A stretch of DNA of 33,698 nt, taken from a virus. Its lineage: Duplodnaviria > Caudoviricetes. The stretch is taken from the IMG/VR virus record IMGVR_UViG_3300009159_006570, positions 1 to 33,698 of that record; one strand, 5' to 3'. The position numbers and the translations under genes are program-made. The notes under the pieces were generated by a model. The model was not told where the DNA came from, did no database searches, and was given only the letters and a program-made list of their open reading frames with translations. Shown piece after piece: positions 1 to 9,263 of this stretch (the first letter of the stretch is position 1; each line of letters starts with the position of its first letter).

Positions 1-485
1 GACCAATACTTCAAACCAAACACGGTTCTAACTCTATTAATGAAACGACTCATATTAATGCTAATATCATAAGCCCAGCCACCAAGATGAGCGAGCCATT
101 CAGCATTTCTAATCACCACATCAAACTGATCGCCGTGAGTAACAAGGTATAACCTATTATCGACTCCCACATGTATGGCTTCCCTAACCATAATAATATG
201 ACCGAATTCGTTATCGCAATAGTTGCGCATAACATCATCATGGTTTCCTGGGATATATACAACCTCTGTACCTTTTCTTGCACGACGCAAAAGCTTTTGA
301 ATTACGTCATTATGAAACTGAGACCATATCATTTTCCTTGACATAGACCAACAATCAACAATATCACCGACCAGATATATTTTCTCGCACTCAAATGTTT
401 TCATAAACTCAAGCAGTTGATCTGCTTGACTCATTTTTGTACCTAGATGTAAATCTGAAATGAATACTGTTCTGTATGACTTCAT
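1..485 (-). CDS. plcP: Calcineurin-like metallophosphoesterase, PlcP/LpxH2 (phospholipase C)-like; runs off the left edge
   Basis: Not in the ORF track; translated by hand from ATG at 485 (ATGA overlap with the GT2 stop): MKSYRTVFISDLHLG...YLVGDIVDCW...NDVIQKLLRRARKGTEVVYIPGNHD...YLVTHGDQFDVVIRNAEWLAHLGGWAYD. It has DxH, GDxxD, GNHD and HGD motifs, and the QKLLRxARKG and WAYD segments recall alphaproteobacterial PlcP/LpxH2. Confidence 0.8.
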   Translation of the reverse strand, partial: MKSYRTVFISDLHLGTKMSQADQLLEFMKTFECEKIYLVGDIVDCWSMSRKMIWSQFHNDVIQKLLRRARKGTEVVYIPGNHDDVMRNYCDNEFGHIIMVREAIHVGVDNRLYLVTHGDQFDVVIRNAEWLAHLGGWAYDISINMSRFINRVRTVFGLKYW

Positions 486-1183
486 CTAAAATCCTTGTAA
501 TCATTCGTTGTGGATTTATTTTTGAACGTCACGGAAAAATAGTTAGTCAAATAAAGCCAAGTTGTACTTATTACACCTTGCTCTTTTAATCGTCTTGGTG
601 AGGTCGTGGTAATCATGTACATATTGAATACTATTTTACCAAGATGCTGAATGCGTTTTGCTGTCATAGTATCTTCACCATAGAAAGCAATATTTAAATC
701 ATATCCACCAACTTTATCCAAAGCTGATTTCTTAATCATAGCATTGCCACCTTGAAGAAACACGCCAACATAGTCGTTGCTTAGTTTTGCAATTAAGTAA
801 TAAAGCTTAGTCATTATCCGTAAACCAAATCCAGCGCCTTCATATTCTAGGGGACCAGTTACAGCAACAACATCATCGTTTGATAATCTGCTCAATGCTT
901 CCCAAATCCAACCATCTGTTATTTTTGAATCTGCATCAATATTAGCAATCAAAAATCCTTTAGCAGCTTCATATCCAGCTTGTCTTGCAAATACAACACC
1001 CTTACGGGGTTCTTTAATAACAAATGCCTGCTCAGATTCTGCAATTTCTACTGTCTTATCTGTACAGTTATTATCAACTACAATAATCTCATATGGTATA
1101 TACCATACATGTTTTCTGATTGATCGAATGCAATCTTTAATATGAGCTTCTTCGTTGTAGCATGGTATGATGAATGAAATCAT
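482..1183 (-). CDS. Glycosyltransferase family 2 (GT-A fold)
   Basis: ISFIIPCYNEE start, EIIVVDNNCTD, DAD motif, GGN, GED; typical GT2. Confidence 0.9.
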   Translation of the reverse strand: MISFIIPCYNEEAHIKDCIRSIRKHVWYIPYEIIVVDNNCTDKTVEIAESEQAFVIKEPRKGVVFARQAGYEAAKGFLIANIDADSKITDGWIWEALSRLSNDDVVAVTGPLEYEGAGFGLRIMTKLYYLIAKLSNDYVGVFLQGGNAMIKKSALDKVGGYDLNIAFYGEDTMTAKRIQHLGKIVFNMYMITTTSPRRLKEQGVISTTWLYLTNYFSVTFKNKSTTNDYKDFR

Positions 1184-1413
1184 TTTATGGTTCCTGGCTT
1201 ATTTATTTCCCGTTTGTTTTTATCATACCAATATTGACTGCTAGCCCGAAGTTTTTCGGCGCTAACTCTAACATGTTCCATCAAAGCAATGGCCATAATA
1301 GCCTGGGATTTCCTCCAGGCTTTATCTTCTTGTACAACCATGTTTTCTATTAGTTCGATAGCAAGATCCACATATGGGCAAACATGCTCAGGAACTACTG
1401 GTTTCTTAATCAT
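1180..1413 (-). CDS. Hypothetical protein (77 aa)
   Basis: ATGA overlaps with both neighbours; same strand as the operon. Confidence 0.7.
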   Translation of the reverse strand: MIKKPVVPEHVCPYVDLAIELIENMVVQEDKAWRKSQAIMAIALMEHVRVSAEKLRASSQYWYDKNKREINKPGTIK

Positions 1414-2084
1414 AGATCAAGTGCATCCTTAAGAGATGGAAACTGTTCTGTAATCTGATACCAAGCATCAAGGGCAATTTCGCGATGCTCCTTCTGAGTC
1501 GCTACATCTGTTCTTACTTGGCAATAATGGATCCAACTGCGAAGACTGCCAGCCATATACATCCGGCTAAGAATAAGTCCCTCAGGCAGCACAGCACGAG
1601 CTTGTTCCTTTGCAATTCCATTGTCTATTGCCCACTTGTAGGTTTCTGTTGCCTTTGTTGTGAGGTGTCTTTGCATCTCTTCCCACAATTCACGGAGTGC
1701 TTCATCGGAAGTCTCAACCGAGTTCTGTCGATTTTTTGTGTCTTGCAGACGGGCTTCACGAACGGTAAATCCCATATCTTTGGTGGGATCTGCATAGCGC
1801 TGACTGAACTCCTGAAAGCTGAATGAACGATGTCGAAGGATTTGACGAGCAATATCGCGAGTAGTGTTAATTTCCATAACAACATTGACCATCTCGAAAG
1901 GCGACCAATGCTTATGCTTTGCAAGATATCGAAGCAGCTTTGGAGCAGTTAAAGTGTTATTTTGATTGGATGGATTAGATACACGAGCAACATACGCGAT
2001 GAATTCATCAACAGACAATAAAGCTCTCATATTAGGATGAGAGATAGTTGGTTGTGTAAGAGCGATAATTCTAGCATTATTCAT
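1410..2084 (-). CDS. thyX: Flavin-dependent thymidylate synthase ThyX
   Basis: RHRSFSFQEFSQRY ThyX motif, HWSPFE, EQARAVLP. Start moved to ATG 2084 (MNNARII), which has GAGG upstream. Confidence 0.95.
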   Translation of the reverse strand: MNNARIIALTQPTISHPNMRALLSVDEFIAYVARVSNPSNQNNTLTAPKLLRYLAKHKHWSPFEMVNVVMEINTTRDIARQILRHRSFSFQEFSQRYADPTKDMGFTVREARLQDTKNRQNSVETSDEALRELWEEMQRHLTTKATETYKWAIDNGIAKEQARAVLPEGLILSRMYMAGSLRSWIHYCQVRTDVATQKEHREIALDAWYQITEQFPSLKDALDL

Positions 2085-2094
2085 AGTATAAACC

Positions 2095-3123
2095 TCACTT
2101 CTTTGTTGCGTTAACTTTTCGTACACTATGGCTTATTCCACAGTATTGAGTGCACTTTGCCATTCTATTTCTTAGTGTATCGTTATTATGCCAAAAATTG
2201 GTAAGGTCGCCTTTCTTAGTTATTTTCTGTCCTGGAAATCCAGTCGAGAAACAAAGCCTAGCGACGCCGTCCATATCGACCATAATGTTTCGATCGAATG
2301 AATTACAAATTAATTTTTCAGTACCCTTGCCTTGCCAACCTTTGATGGCATCGTCATTTTTATGAACACTATCATGATACATTCTTACAGTTTCTATCCA
2401 TTCAGGGTCAAGATTTAATTTATACTTTTCACTACACTGATTTAGTATTTCAAATAAACCTTGATGGTCTTTAATAACGTTCTTCTTGTAAAACTTATCG
2501 CCTCTATCCTTACCAGTTTCGTCTTGCAACGATCCAAACATAGGTTGTAACCAGTTAAGCTTTAGCTTATCAGCTTTTAGGTTATTGAGAACAAAATCAT
2601 AAAACTTATCGAGATCTCGATAGTTTTGTTCACACATAATAGACATAGCATAAACAGGTGTACGAATATTTAATTTTTCACGTGCAGCAAGTAACAACTT
2701 AATAGCGTTAACAGCAATTTCGAACGATCCAACAACGCCTCTTGTTGAGTCGTGAACTTCAGGAATATAACTATTCAACGAGATTGTAATTTCTGTTGGA
2801 CCTTCAAGGATTAATCTTTCTGCCATTTCAGAAGTTGTAACCATTGTGCCATTCATAACCGAAAAGCATTTAAGACCAAGTTCTCTACACTTATTAGTAA
2901 TCGGCCAGTAACGCTCAGGATTCATTAATGCTTCGCCGCCACAAATTACAATAGTACCATTTGGATTCATCACGGCGAATTCATCGATAATCGAGTTTCT
3001 TTGTTCGATAGAAATATGACTAGGAAGAGCTATTTCTTCTCTTGTCCAGTACATACAAGTTTTACACTTTAAATTACACTGTAAATTAGTATCAAGGAAA
3101 AGAAATTTAGGAGGTATATTCAT
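2095..3123 (-). CDS. Radical SAM protein with C-terminal Cys-containing (SPASM/twitch-like) region
   Basis: CNLKCKTC (CxxxCxxC), GGE, HDSTRG; C-terminal C...C...CTQYC. Confidence 0.88.
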   Translation of the reverse strand: MNIPPKFLFLDTNLQCNLKCKTCMYWTREEIALPSHISIEQRNSIIDEFAVMNPNGTIVICGGEALMNPERYWPITNKCRELGLKCFSVMNGTMVTTSEMAERLILEGPTEITISLNSYIPEVHDSTRGVVGSFEIAVNAIKLLLAAREKLNIRTPVYAMSIMCEQNYRDLDKFYDFVLNNLKADKLKLNWLQPMFGSLQDETGKDRGDKFYKKNVIKDHQGLFEILNQCSEKYKLNLDPEWIETVRMYHDSVHKNDDAIKGWQGKGTEKLICNSFDRNIMVDMDGVARLCFSTGFPGQKITKKGDLTNFWHNNDTLRNRMAKCTQYCGISHSVRKVNATKK

Positions 3124-3821
3124 AGATGGTACTCATTTTTTTTAAGGCTAACTTTAACATGTTGATAATTAACATTTTCTATTTGCGTGTTAGATTCTTC
3201 AATAACTACGTAATCCATACTATTTAAACCAATAGTGTCAAATAGGTTTGGTGTTTTTTTAAATTGATTTAAAATACTTGCATTGTATTTTCTTTTTGAT
3301 TTATCTCTAGGATGATCAAAAGATTCAAAACGACAGTTATTACGATTAAAAACGTTTATTTTTTTTAGTTTGCAACGGAGATAAAGGTCGTCATCTTCAG
3401 CTCCCCAAAACCAATAGACGGTACTATACCCATTTACATTTTTAAAAGAAAGTTTATCTAACAAAACAACACCACCAAAATATTCTGGATATGGTTTTGT
3501 GTATCCAAATTGTTTTACTTCTGTTGCTAATAATGTCGCACCAGGATTATATGAGTAATCGTAACAAGATTTAGTAGGAATCATATCTACATCATGAAAA
3601 CAAAAATAATCACAATCATCACAATAGATAGTTCCTATATTTTTTAAATAACCACGATTAAATAGTTCACCCTCTTTCTGCTCAACGACAACAATTTTAT
3701 GATCTATTTTTTGTTGATATAATCTATCACTAAGCTCAGGTAACAACGCCGTCAGATGTTCTAATCTATCTCTGTAAGGAATTATGATACCAAGTTTTTT
3801 ATCAATCATATTTCTGCTCAA
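3120..3821 (-). CDS. Glycosyltransferase family 7 (beta-1,4-galactosyltransferase-like)
   Basis: IIIPYRDR, FNRG, FHDVD, YFGGV, NGY...WGAEDDD are GT7 signatures. True start may be ATG 3809. Confidence 0.88.
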   Translation of the reverse strand: MSRNMIDKKLGIIIPYRDRLEHLTALLPELSDRLYQQKIDHKIVVVEQKEGELFNRGYLKNIGTIYCDDCDYFCFHDVDMIPTKSCYDYSYNPGATLLATEVKQFGYTKPYPEYFGGVVLLDKLSFKNVNGYSTVYWFWGAEDDDLYLRCKLKKINVFNRNNCRFESFDHPRDKSKRKYNASILNQFKKTPNLFDTIGLNSMDYVVIEESNTQIENVNYQHVKVSLKKNEYHL

Positions 3822-4158
3822 TTTCTTTGATTATAAAATTAGACATATTATGTAGGGAGCAAATATACTCAGCCATAACGATATCATCAAGTTCGCAGAT
3901 AACTTGTTTACGTTCGTCGTGAACGATAATTCGATCACCATCATCCCACGTAATAAACCAACGAGACTTTTCCATCTTAGTACGTTCTTGAAACATCTTC
4001 AAATGACGAAGGTTATAAAATAGATCAGGGTTTGCTTTTTCCATTCTCATATCACTCGTTTCTCTATAATGCAAACTAACATCAGGCACAAGATCGAATC
4101 CAAAATCAGGATCGCGACTTTCAGCAAGAAACTTTTTTGATATATATCCAGCCATCAC
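3802..4158 (-). CDS. Hypothetical protein (~118 aa)
   Basis: Overlaps both neighbours in a tightly packed minus-strand operon. Confidence 0.7.
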   Translation of the reverse strand: MMAGYISKKFLAESRDPDFGFDLVPDVSLHYRETSDMRMEKANPDLFYNLRHLKMFQERTKMEKSRWFITWDDGDRIIVHDERKQVICELDDIVMAEYICSLHNMSNFIIKEIEQKYD

Positions 4159-4379
4159 TTTTTCTCCGCAATAATTTTAACTACCTGACCAAGACTAGTA
4201 TGATCATAATAACTATGAATTGTAACACCCATGCTGTCAATAGCTTTATCAATACAACTATTAACGACCTGTTCAATTACAGGAGTTAATGCTGTTCGAA
4301 GCTCTTGCCTAACATGATCTTGAAACAATTTGAAGAGTAGATCATCTTTCAATGGGTTGCCAGTCTGACTATATGCCAT
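4155..4379 (-). CDS. Hypothetical protein (74 aa)
   Basis: AGGA upstream; coupled to the next gene. Confidence 0.7.
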   Translation of the reverse strand: MAYSQTGNPLKDDLLFKLFQDHVRQELRTALTPVIEQVVNSCIDKAIDSMGVTIHSYYDHTSLGQVVKIIAEKK

Positions 4380-4426
4380 TATTTTAAATTCCTGTTATTG
4401 TTTTGTTACAACGCTTGTACCAATCA

Positions 4427-4567
4427 TCACACGCCTCCAAGTTTTTCATACAAGCGAACTATGTCTTCTTTATTCCATGAACGCAATAGAACTTTACCTG
4501 TCGAAACATCTACCAACTCCCACCAGTTTTGACCACCTGATGTACCGCCCATTAGTCTAATCATCAT
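4427..4567 (-). CDS. Small hypothetical protein (46 aa), below the ORF-track cutoff
   Basis: MMIRLMGGTSGGQNWWELVDVSTGKVLLRSWNKEDIVRLYEKLGGV*; ATGA overlap with the upstream stop; fills the gap. Confidence 0.55.
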   Translation of the reverse strand: MMIRLMGGTSGGQNWWELVDVSTGKVLLRSWNKEDIVRLYEKLGGV

Positions 4568-4992
4568 TTCTCGTCATCCTTTAACCACGGTTCAGAACCT
4601 TGTCCATAGTTCTCAGTCCACTCTGGTGGTGCTTCTGCGATGGTCTTGCGACAACGCTTCAGCCAATCATCACGCTGACACTGAGCCTTCTCATAACTCA
4701 ACTCGATATAGTCATTGGCGATGTAATGGACCATGGACTCATACTGCTCTAGGCGAGCAATTTCAGTTTCTTTATCGGCGATGGTCTGCTTCATCTCCAT
4801 AATACCACCAGGTCCAGACATCAAATTTTTAATTCTATCAGCTCGAATAAGACATTGAGCACGAGCCATAGAAAGCTCATCATTCAATCTTAAAACTTCA
4901 TCCCGAGCAGCAACCATTGTCTTGTTGGTAATTCCATATTCCATTTCCCAACCTTTAATTAACTTGTTAATTTGTTCAACGATGTCAGTCAT
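4564..4992 (-). CDS. Hypothetical coiled-coil protein
   Basis: Start MTDIVEQ at 4992 with GGAGG upstream. Confidence 0.7.
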   Translation of the reverse strand: MTDIVEQINKLIKGWEMEYGITNKTMVAARDEVLRLNDELSMARAQCLIRADRIKNLMSGPGGIMEMKQTIADKETEIARLEQYESMVHYIANDYIELSYEKAQCQRDDWLKRCRKTIAEAPPEWTENYGQGSEPWLKDDEK

Positions 4993-5197
4993 ATTCAACC
5001 TCCACACCAAAATGTTTGGCTATTGTTTCTGATGGAATATTATTCTTTACAGATATATCAGCAACTTCCATGCACTCGTCGATAATCCTAAAAGCAAACT
5101 CGTATGGATCAAATGGACTGCACTGCATACAATCGTCGGAAGTTTCGCCCATCCCCCAACCAAGTTCAGTCAACAGGTTTTCAATTTTATCGCTCAT
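4985..5197 (-). CDS. Hypothetical protein (~70 aa)
   Basis: MSDKIENLL start overlaps the primase stop (TGATG). Confidence 0.65.
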   Translation of the reverse strand: MSDKIENLLTELGWGMGETSDDCMQCSPFDPYEFAFRIIDECMEVADISVKNNIPSETIAKHFGVEVEYD

Positions 5198-6225
5198 CAC
5201 ACTTTGCTCCATCTCGTCAGCGCCATCTTAGCAGCTAGATCTCGGTAGGTATTTGTTTTCATAATATGGGTAATGAAGTCTGAGCTCAGACCAGCTAGCA
5301 CCATATCGTTGATGTCTTTATGGTCTAGATTCTCAGGCCAGATAACTACATTATACCCCTGTAGGATCGCCTTGTCAAGCTTTTTTATTGTATCTCGAGA
5401 TCTTGGCTCGTTGTCATAAACAATCACCATGGAAGATTTGGAGGAGCAAAGAGGACCAAGAGCAGAAACCAGATCACCGCCAGCAGTAGCAATACTATTA
5501 TGGACAAACATAGAATCAATTGGACCCTCCACTACGTAAACTGTTTTGTTGAAATTTGCAGTATCGAGACCATACACCTTTGGAACTGTTTCATCGAGTA
5601 CGATGGTGATATACTTTACAGCCGATTCACCAATAGCTCTACCTTGGTAGGCGTGTAGGTTTTTGTTTGCATCGAAAAATGGAATCAACAGGCGAGTTTC
5701 ATCTCTTTGCAAACTCTTCTCGTCGAACTTTCCAGGAACTAGATCGTTGGTGAAATTCTTGAAATTAGGACAACTGAATAGCTTTGCATGATATGGAGTA
5801 GGTATCTTTCTTAGATCAACAAGCTTCTTAACTCTATGATCAGGAGATAACTGACTTACCTTCTTGAGTCCCTTGAGTGGACCGCTCTTGAGAAACAGAG
5901 GCTTCTTCATCTTCTCTACAAATGATTCTAGGTCTGTTTGTTCGGGCGACTTTTCACCCTTCATCTTTTCAAGCTGCATCTCGTTGTAGAGGTTTTGATC
6001 GATTGTTTTGATGAAGTTAGGCACGCTCATGGTCGCTGTGCAATTATGACAATGAAAGAACGATTTACCCTTTTTCTCGTAAATGTATCCACGAGTCTTG
6101 TTCTTATGTGTTTCTGAATCGCCACACAATGGACAGCGAAAGTTAAACACATTACCTGATTTTCTCTTGAATTTTTCTAGTCGACTTGAGATCGACATTA
6201 GGTACTTGTTCTCAATCCAGTCCAT
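5197..6225 (-). CDS. gp61: T4 gp61-like DNA primase
   Basis: Zn finger CPLCGDS...HCHNC; TOPRIM VVEGPIDS, YDNEPR, KDIND. Confidence 0.95.
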   Translation of the reverse strand: MDWIENKYLMSISSRLEKFKRKSGNVFNFRCPLCGDSETHKNKTRGYIYEKKGKSFFHCHNCTATMSVPNFIKTIDQNLYNEMQLEKMKGEKSPEQTDLESFVEKMKKPLFLKSGPLKGLKKVSQLSPDHRVKKLVDLRKIPTPYHAKLFSCPNFKNFTNDLVPGKFDEKSLQRDETRLLIPFFDANKNLHAYQGRAIGESAVKYITIVLDETVPKVYGLDTANFNKTVYVVEGPIDSMFVHNSIATAGGDLVSALGPLCSSKSSMVIVYDNEPRSRDTIKKLDKAILQGYNVVIWPENLDHKDINDMVLAGLSSDFITHIMKTNTYRDLAAKMALTRWSKV

Positions 6226-6258
6226 AACTAACTCTCCTATATCACAGTCTCACATAGA

Positions 6259-6287
6259 ATTATACTGGTATGATAGGTAAAAGTAAA
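6259..6287 (-). promoter_or_regulatory. Sigma70-type promoter for primase
   Basis: Minus strand TTTACT-N17-TATAAT, followed by AGGAG SD before ATG 6225. Confidence 0.7.
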
Positions 6288-6293
6288 GAACTA

Positions 6294-6695
6294 TTAGTGA
6301 CCCATGATTTTTAGATAGTTGGCTACGAATGAAAATCCATATCCAAGTACAACACCACCACCTATAGCCATCCATATGTATTTTTGAATGGTGTTAAATT
6401 TCTCGTTTAAACAATTATAATGTTTATTATGTTCTTCTCTGATTGCTTTGATTTCTGTTAAGAGTTTGTCGTCTCTCTCACGAATGGTGTCATAAACATC
6501 TTTCAATTTAAAATCCAATTCTTCACGACGTTTCTCTAATTTAATGTCTATAATTTCTGCTTGCTTCTCATGTTGTGTAATTCTTGCATCTTGGACAGCT
6601 ATCATAGCTTTGAGATCGCTAGATATTTCTGTCAGTCTTTCGATAGCATTTTCTATTCTATCCATGTGTGATATTGGAGCGGCAGCGGGACTCAT
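6294..6695 (-). CDS. Coiled-coil protein with C-terminal transmembrane helix (XhlA/holin-like topology)
   Basis: Long heptad region ending in YIWMAIGGGVVLGYGFSFVA. Confidence 0.65.
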   Translation of the reverse strand: MSPAAAPISHMDRIENAIERLTEISSDLKAMIAVQDARITQHEKQAEIIDIKLEKRREELDFKLKDVYDTIRERDDKLLTEIKAIREEHNKHYNCLNEKFNTIQKYIWMAIGGGVVLGYGFSFVANYLKIMGH

Positions 6696-7174
6696 AGTAT
6701 AGTTCTCGAAAGGATAGTTCTTAGCTTCTTGCCTTTTTTAGCCCAAGTAACATCACCAGCAGTTCCAGCTACAACAGGTCCAGTAGCATTACTAGCAGAT
6801 GGAGCAATACCATCTTCTCTTAATGGTTTGGCTTTAAACATAAAGCCATGAGTATGATCGTACTTGCGCATAATTTCACCAGCCTTCTGATGAGCATAAT
6901 TCTCAGAAGCTCCACCTGGCTTGTTATCGCCTACTTTACCTTCAAGTTTCCACTTGTAATGGGCTAACTCGTGCGCGAGGGTGCGCATGACGTCGATAGG
7001 ATGACGATCAATAGTTCTTACTCTAATCTTATTATCTTGCTGTGTAAAGTGCCCGAACGCTTTTTTACTATCTTCTTCATGACCGACGTAATGAATTTCT
7101 GGCAACTTCTTGAGACCAAGATGAGCAGCTGCAAACTTTTCAAATTTATCAAACTCGGGCGGTTTCTTAAACAT
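6692..7174 (-). CDS. Zincin-like metallopeptidase domain protein
   Basis: RTLAHELAH (HExxH) followed by a downstream E (SENYA). Confidence 0.7.
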   Translation of the reverse strand: MFKKPPEFDKFEKFAAAHLGLKKLPEIHYVGHEEDSKKAFGHFTQQDNKIRVRTIDRHPIDVMRTLAHELAHYKWKLEGKVGDNKPGGASENYAHQKAGEIMRKYDHTHGFMFKAKPLREDGIAPSASNATGPVVAGTAGDVTWAKKGKKLRTILSRTIL

Positions 7175-7568
7175 TAGTTACTGCTCTTAAAACTTTGACA
7201 ATATTGTCATCCATTGGGATTAAATTAGTATCAATAATTTTTTCATCTTTTATATTGGTTAGTCGCTCAGGCATAATATTTAGCATTACTAAAAACGGTT
7301 TAATATAGGTATACTGTGGCTTCATTTTTAGGTATAATATTCTACAGAGGTTTTCAGCACCAAATACATTGTGGAGAATGATAAGATGATTGAGAATTAA
7401 TCTCTCTTTCAAATCACCATTCTCCACGTATCTTGTTACTAATTTTTTAATATACTTAATGCGTTTTATATCTTCTAAAAACTCTTCAGTTGAATGACAC
7501 TGAGGGTTATCATAATATCGGGCACAATAAATTAAAAAATTCTCATCCGTCAAATGTTCAAAATGCAT
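7167..7568 (-). CDS. Conserved T4-like phage hypothetical protein
   Basis: LTDENFLIYCARYYDNPQC...EEFLEDIKRIKYIKKL...LKERLILNH resembles a family common in T4-like phages. Confidence 0.75.
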   Translation of the reverse strand: MHFEHLTDENFLIYCARYYDNPQCHSTEEFLEDIKRIKYIKKLVTRYVENGDLKERLILNHLIILHNVFGAENLCRILYLKMKPQYTYIKPFLVMLNIMPERLTNIKDEKIIDTNLIPMDDNIVKVLRAVTNV

Positions 7569-7584
7569 TATGTTACTTAATTAA

Positions 7585-9225
7585 TTATGGCCAATATTCA
7601 TATGTTGGATCGTCGCCGTAGAACAATCTTGCATTCCAAATAATATCAACTTTAATTTCTTGTGATATACTGCCAGGATAGCCATCACCATAATCAGCCT
7701 TGAAGAAAATACCGCCTTCGTAAAGATCATAAATTGGCCTAAAATCAACATTATAGCCAAATTCAGTATCGTTGAAAATATCACCTTGAAATGAAGTAGT
7801 AGCATCTAATGAGTTCAATGCATCACCGTAACTTTCGCCACGGGGATTGAAAAATATAGATACGGTTTTATTATCAGCAGCATTGCTACTTTTTGTTTTT
7901 GGCCAAGAACATTGAATGTGGAAATCAAGCCATCCACCTTGAACGCCATTGCCGTGTGCTGCCTTATAGAAAGGAAGATCATCTTCCCAACTGAACCAAC
8001 GATAAACGTTGTTATTTTCAGTTTGATCTGTATAATATGATTCATCAGGAAGATAATAATCCATGCGGATAAATGTACCAGCCTTGGTATAATGAAGATG
8101 GATAGTATCTTGAACAGTAGCAGTAAATTCGTCTACTTGAATTGACCAATTTCCATCAGAATCAAGTCCAGGAGTAACTCCTGTACCGCCGCCACGTGGC
8201 CAGAAACCTTGGACAAAATACTGAGTTGCGCTATCATTAATTGTAAAGTATGCTTCTCCTGGTGCATATTGAGCGCCGGATGTATAAAGGAAATCAACAA
8301 GCTGTGGATATGCTATTGAATTTAATATTAGGTTATAACTATCTGTTTGATCATATGCCAATTTGCAATCAAGAGTTACTTGAGATTTTGCAAAAAGATC
8401 TTTTGGTTGGCCATCAAATGTTAATGTATAATTATTTGACGAGCCAACTTGTGTAGCTGTTTTAATTACAGCTGATGCAGTTGTAGTAAATTCATCAAAC
8501 ACAATATAATTACGGTAAGGATTTGCTAGAAGAGTGGCGATGAAGGTTGAATTTTCGCCGCTAAAATCAACTGTTACCGTATTTGTATTTGCTGCATCTG
8601 CAATTGGACCCCAATGATAACCATTATTAGAAACATTATATTGTGTAGCTTCACCTGGACCATATGTTGATCTGTAACGTGGGTAAATACCCTGAGTGCC
8701 CTTCGTCCAAGCATTGATTAATACTTGATCGCCTTCATTAAGTGTATAGGTATCATCAAGAGTTATTGTTGCAATACCAGCAGCCAATGAATAACCAGTT
8801 ACATAGTATGGAGAACCATCGTTAATGCTGAAAAATGGACGAGGTCCATTACCAGCGTTATTATAGTTAATTAATGCTTGTTCAACAGAGGTAATAGTTG
8901 GATGTGTTGCTACGTCAATTAATAATGTATCAGTTGATGCATTTTCTTGCTCAATAGGCACAGTAAACTGTGTGGGAATGTTACCAGCAATAACGTAAGT
9001 AAAGCTTGTTCCACCTGAAGTTGTACGATACTGCCACTGATTGCCAGAAGAAGCGGTCATAGCATAATCTGTAGAAGCTGGAAGAGACTTCCAATCTGTT
9101 ACACCATCGCCATACTTAACTGTGTTGGTATCAATTGCAAGACCTGGTTCACCTTGGCTCAACACTGGATTAGATGTTTCCCAGTTTGCAGCAGTATCTC
9201 TTCTTAATTGAATCTTAGTTGCCAT
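7585..9225 (-). CDS. Tail fibre/receptor-binding-like protein with Mtd-N-type N-terminal domain
   Basis: MATKIQLRRDTAANW...NPVLSQGEPG...KYGDGVTDW N-terminus; Thr/Asn/Tyr-rich beta body; late promoter upstream. Confidence 0.75.
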   Translation of the reverse strand: MATKIQLRRDTAANWETSNPVLSQGEPGLAIDTNTVKYGDGVTDWKSLPASTDYAMTASSGNQWQYRTTSGGTSFTYVIAGNIPTQFTVPIEQENASTDTLLIDVATHPTITSVEQALINYNNAGNGPRPFFSINDGSPYYVTGYSLAAGIATITLDDTYTLNEGDQVLINAWTKGTQGIYPRYRSTYGPGEATQYNVSNNGYHWGPIADAANTNTVTVDFSGENSTFIATLLANPYRNYIVFDEFTTTASAVIKTATQVGSSNNYTLTFDGQPKDLFAKSQVTLDCKLAYDQTDSYNLILNSIAYPQLVDFLYTSGAQYAPGEAYFTINDSATQYFVQGFWPRGGGTGVTPGLDSDGNWSIQVDEFTATVQDTIHLHYTKAGTFIRMDYYLPDESYYTDQTENNNVYRWFSWEDDLPFYKAAHGNGVQGGWLDFHIQCSWPKTKSSNAADNKTVSIFFNPRGESYGDALNSLDATTSFQGDIFNDTEFGYNVDFRPIYDLYEGGIFFKADYGDGYPGSISQEIKVDIIWNARLFYGDDPTYEYWP

Positions 9226-9255
9226 TTAAATCTCCTGAAGTGCAATCTTTACACC

Positions 9256-9263
9256 TATTTATA
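9256..9263 (-). promoter_or_regulatory. T4-type late promoter TATAAATA
   Basis: Exact TATAAATA about 30 nt upstream of ATG 9225 (AGGAG SD). Confidence 0.8.

Noticed and set aside
7585-9225. Diversity-generating retroelement suggested by the Mtd-like N-terminus
   Set aside because: No reverse transcriptase and no adenine-variant TR/VR pair in the window; only the anchor domain resembles Mtd.
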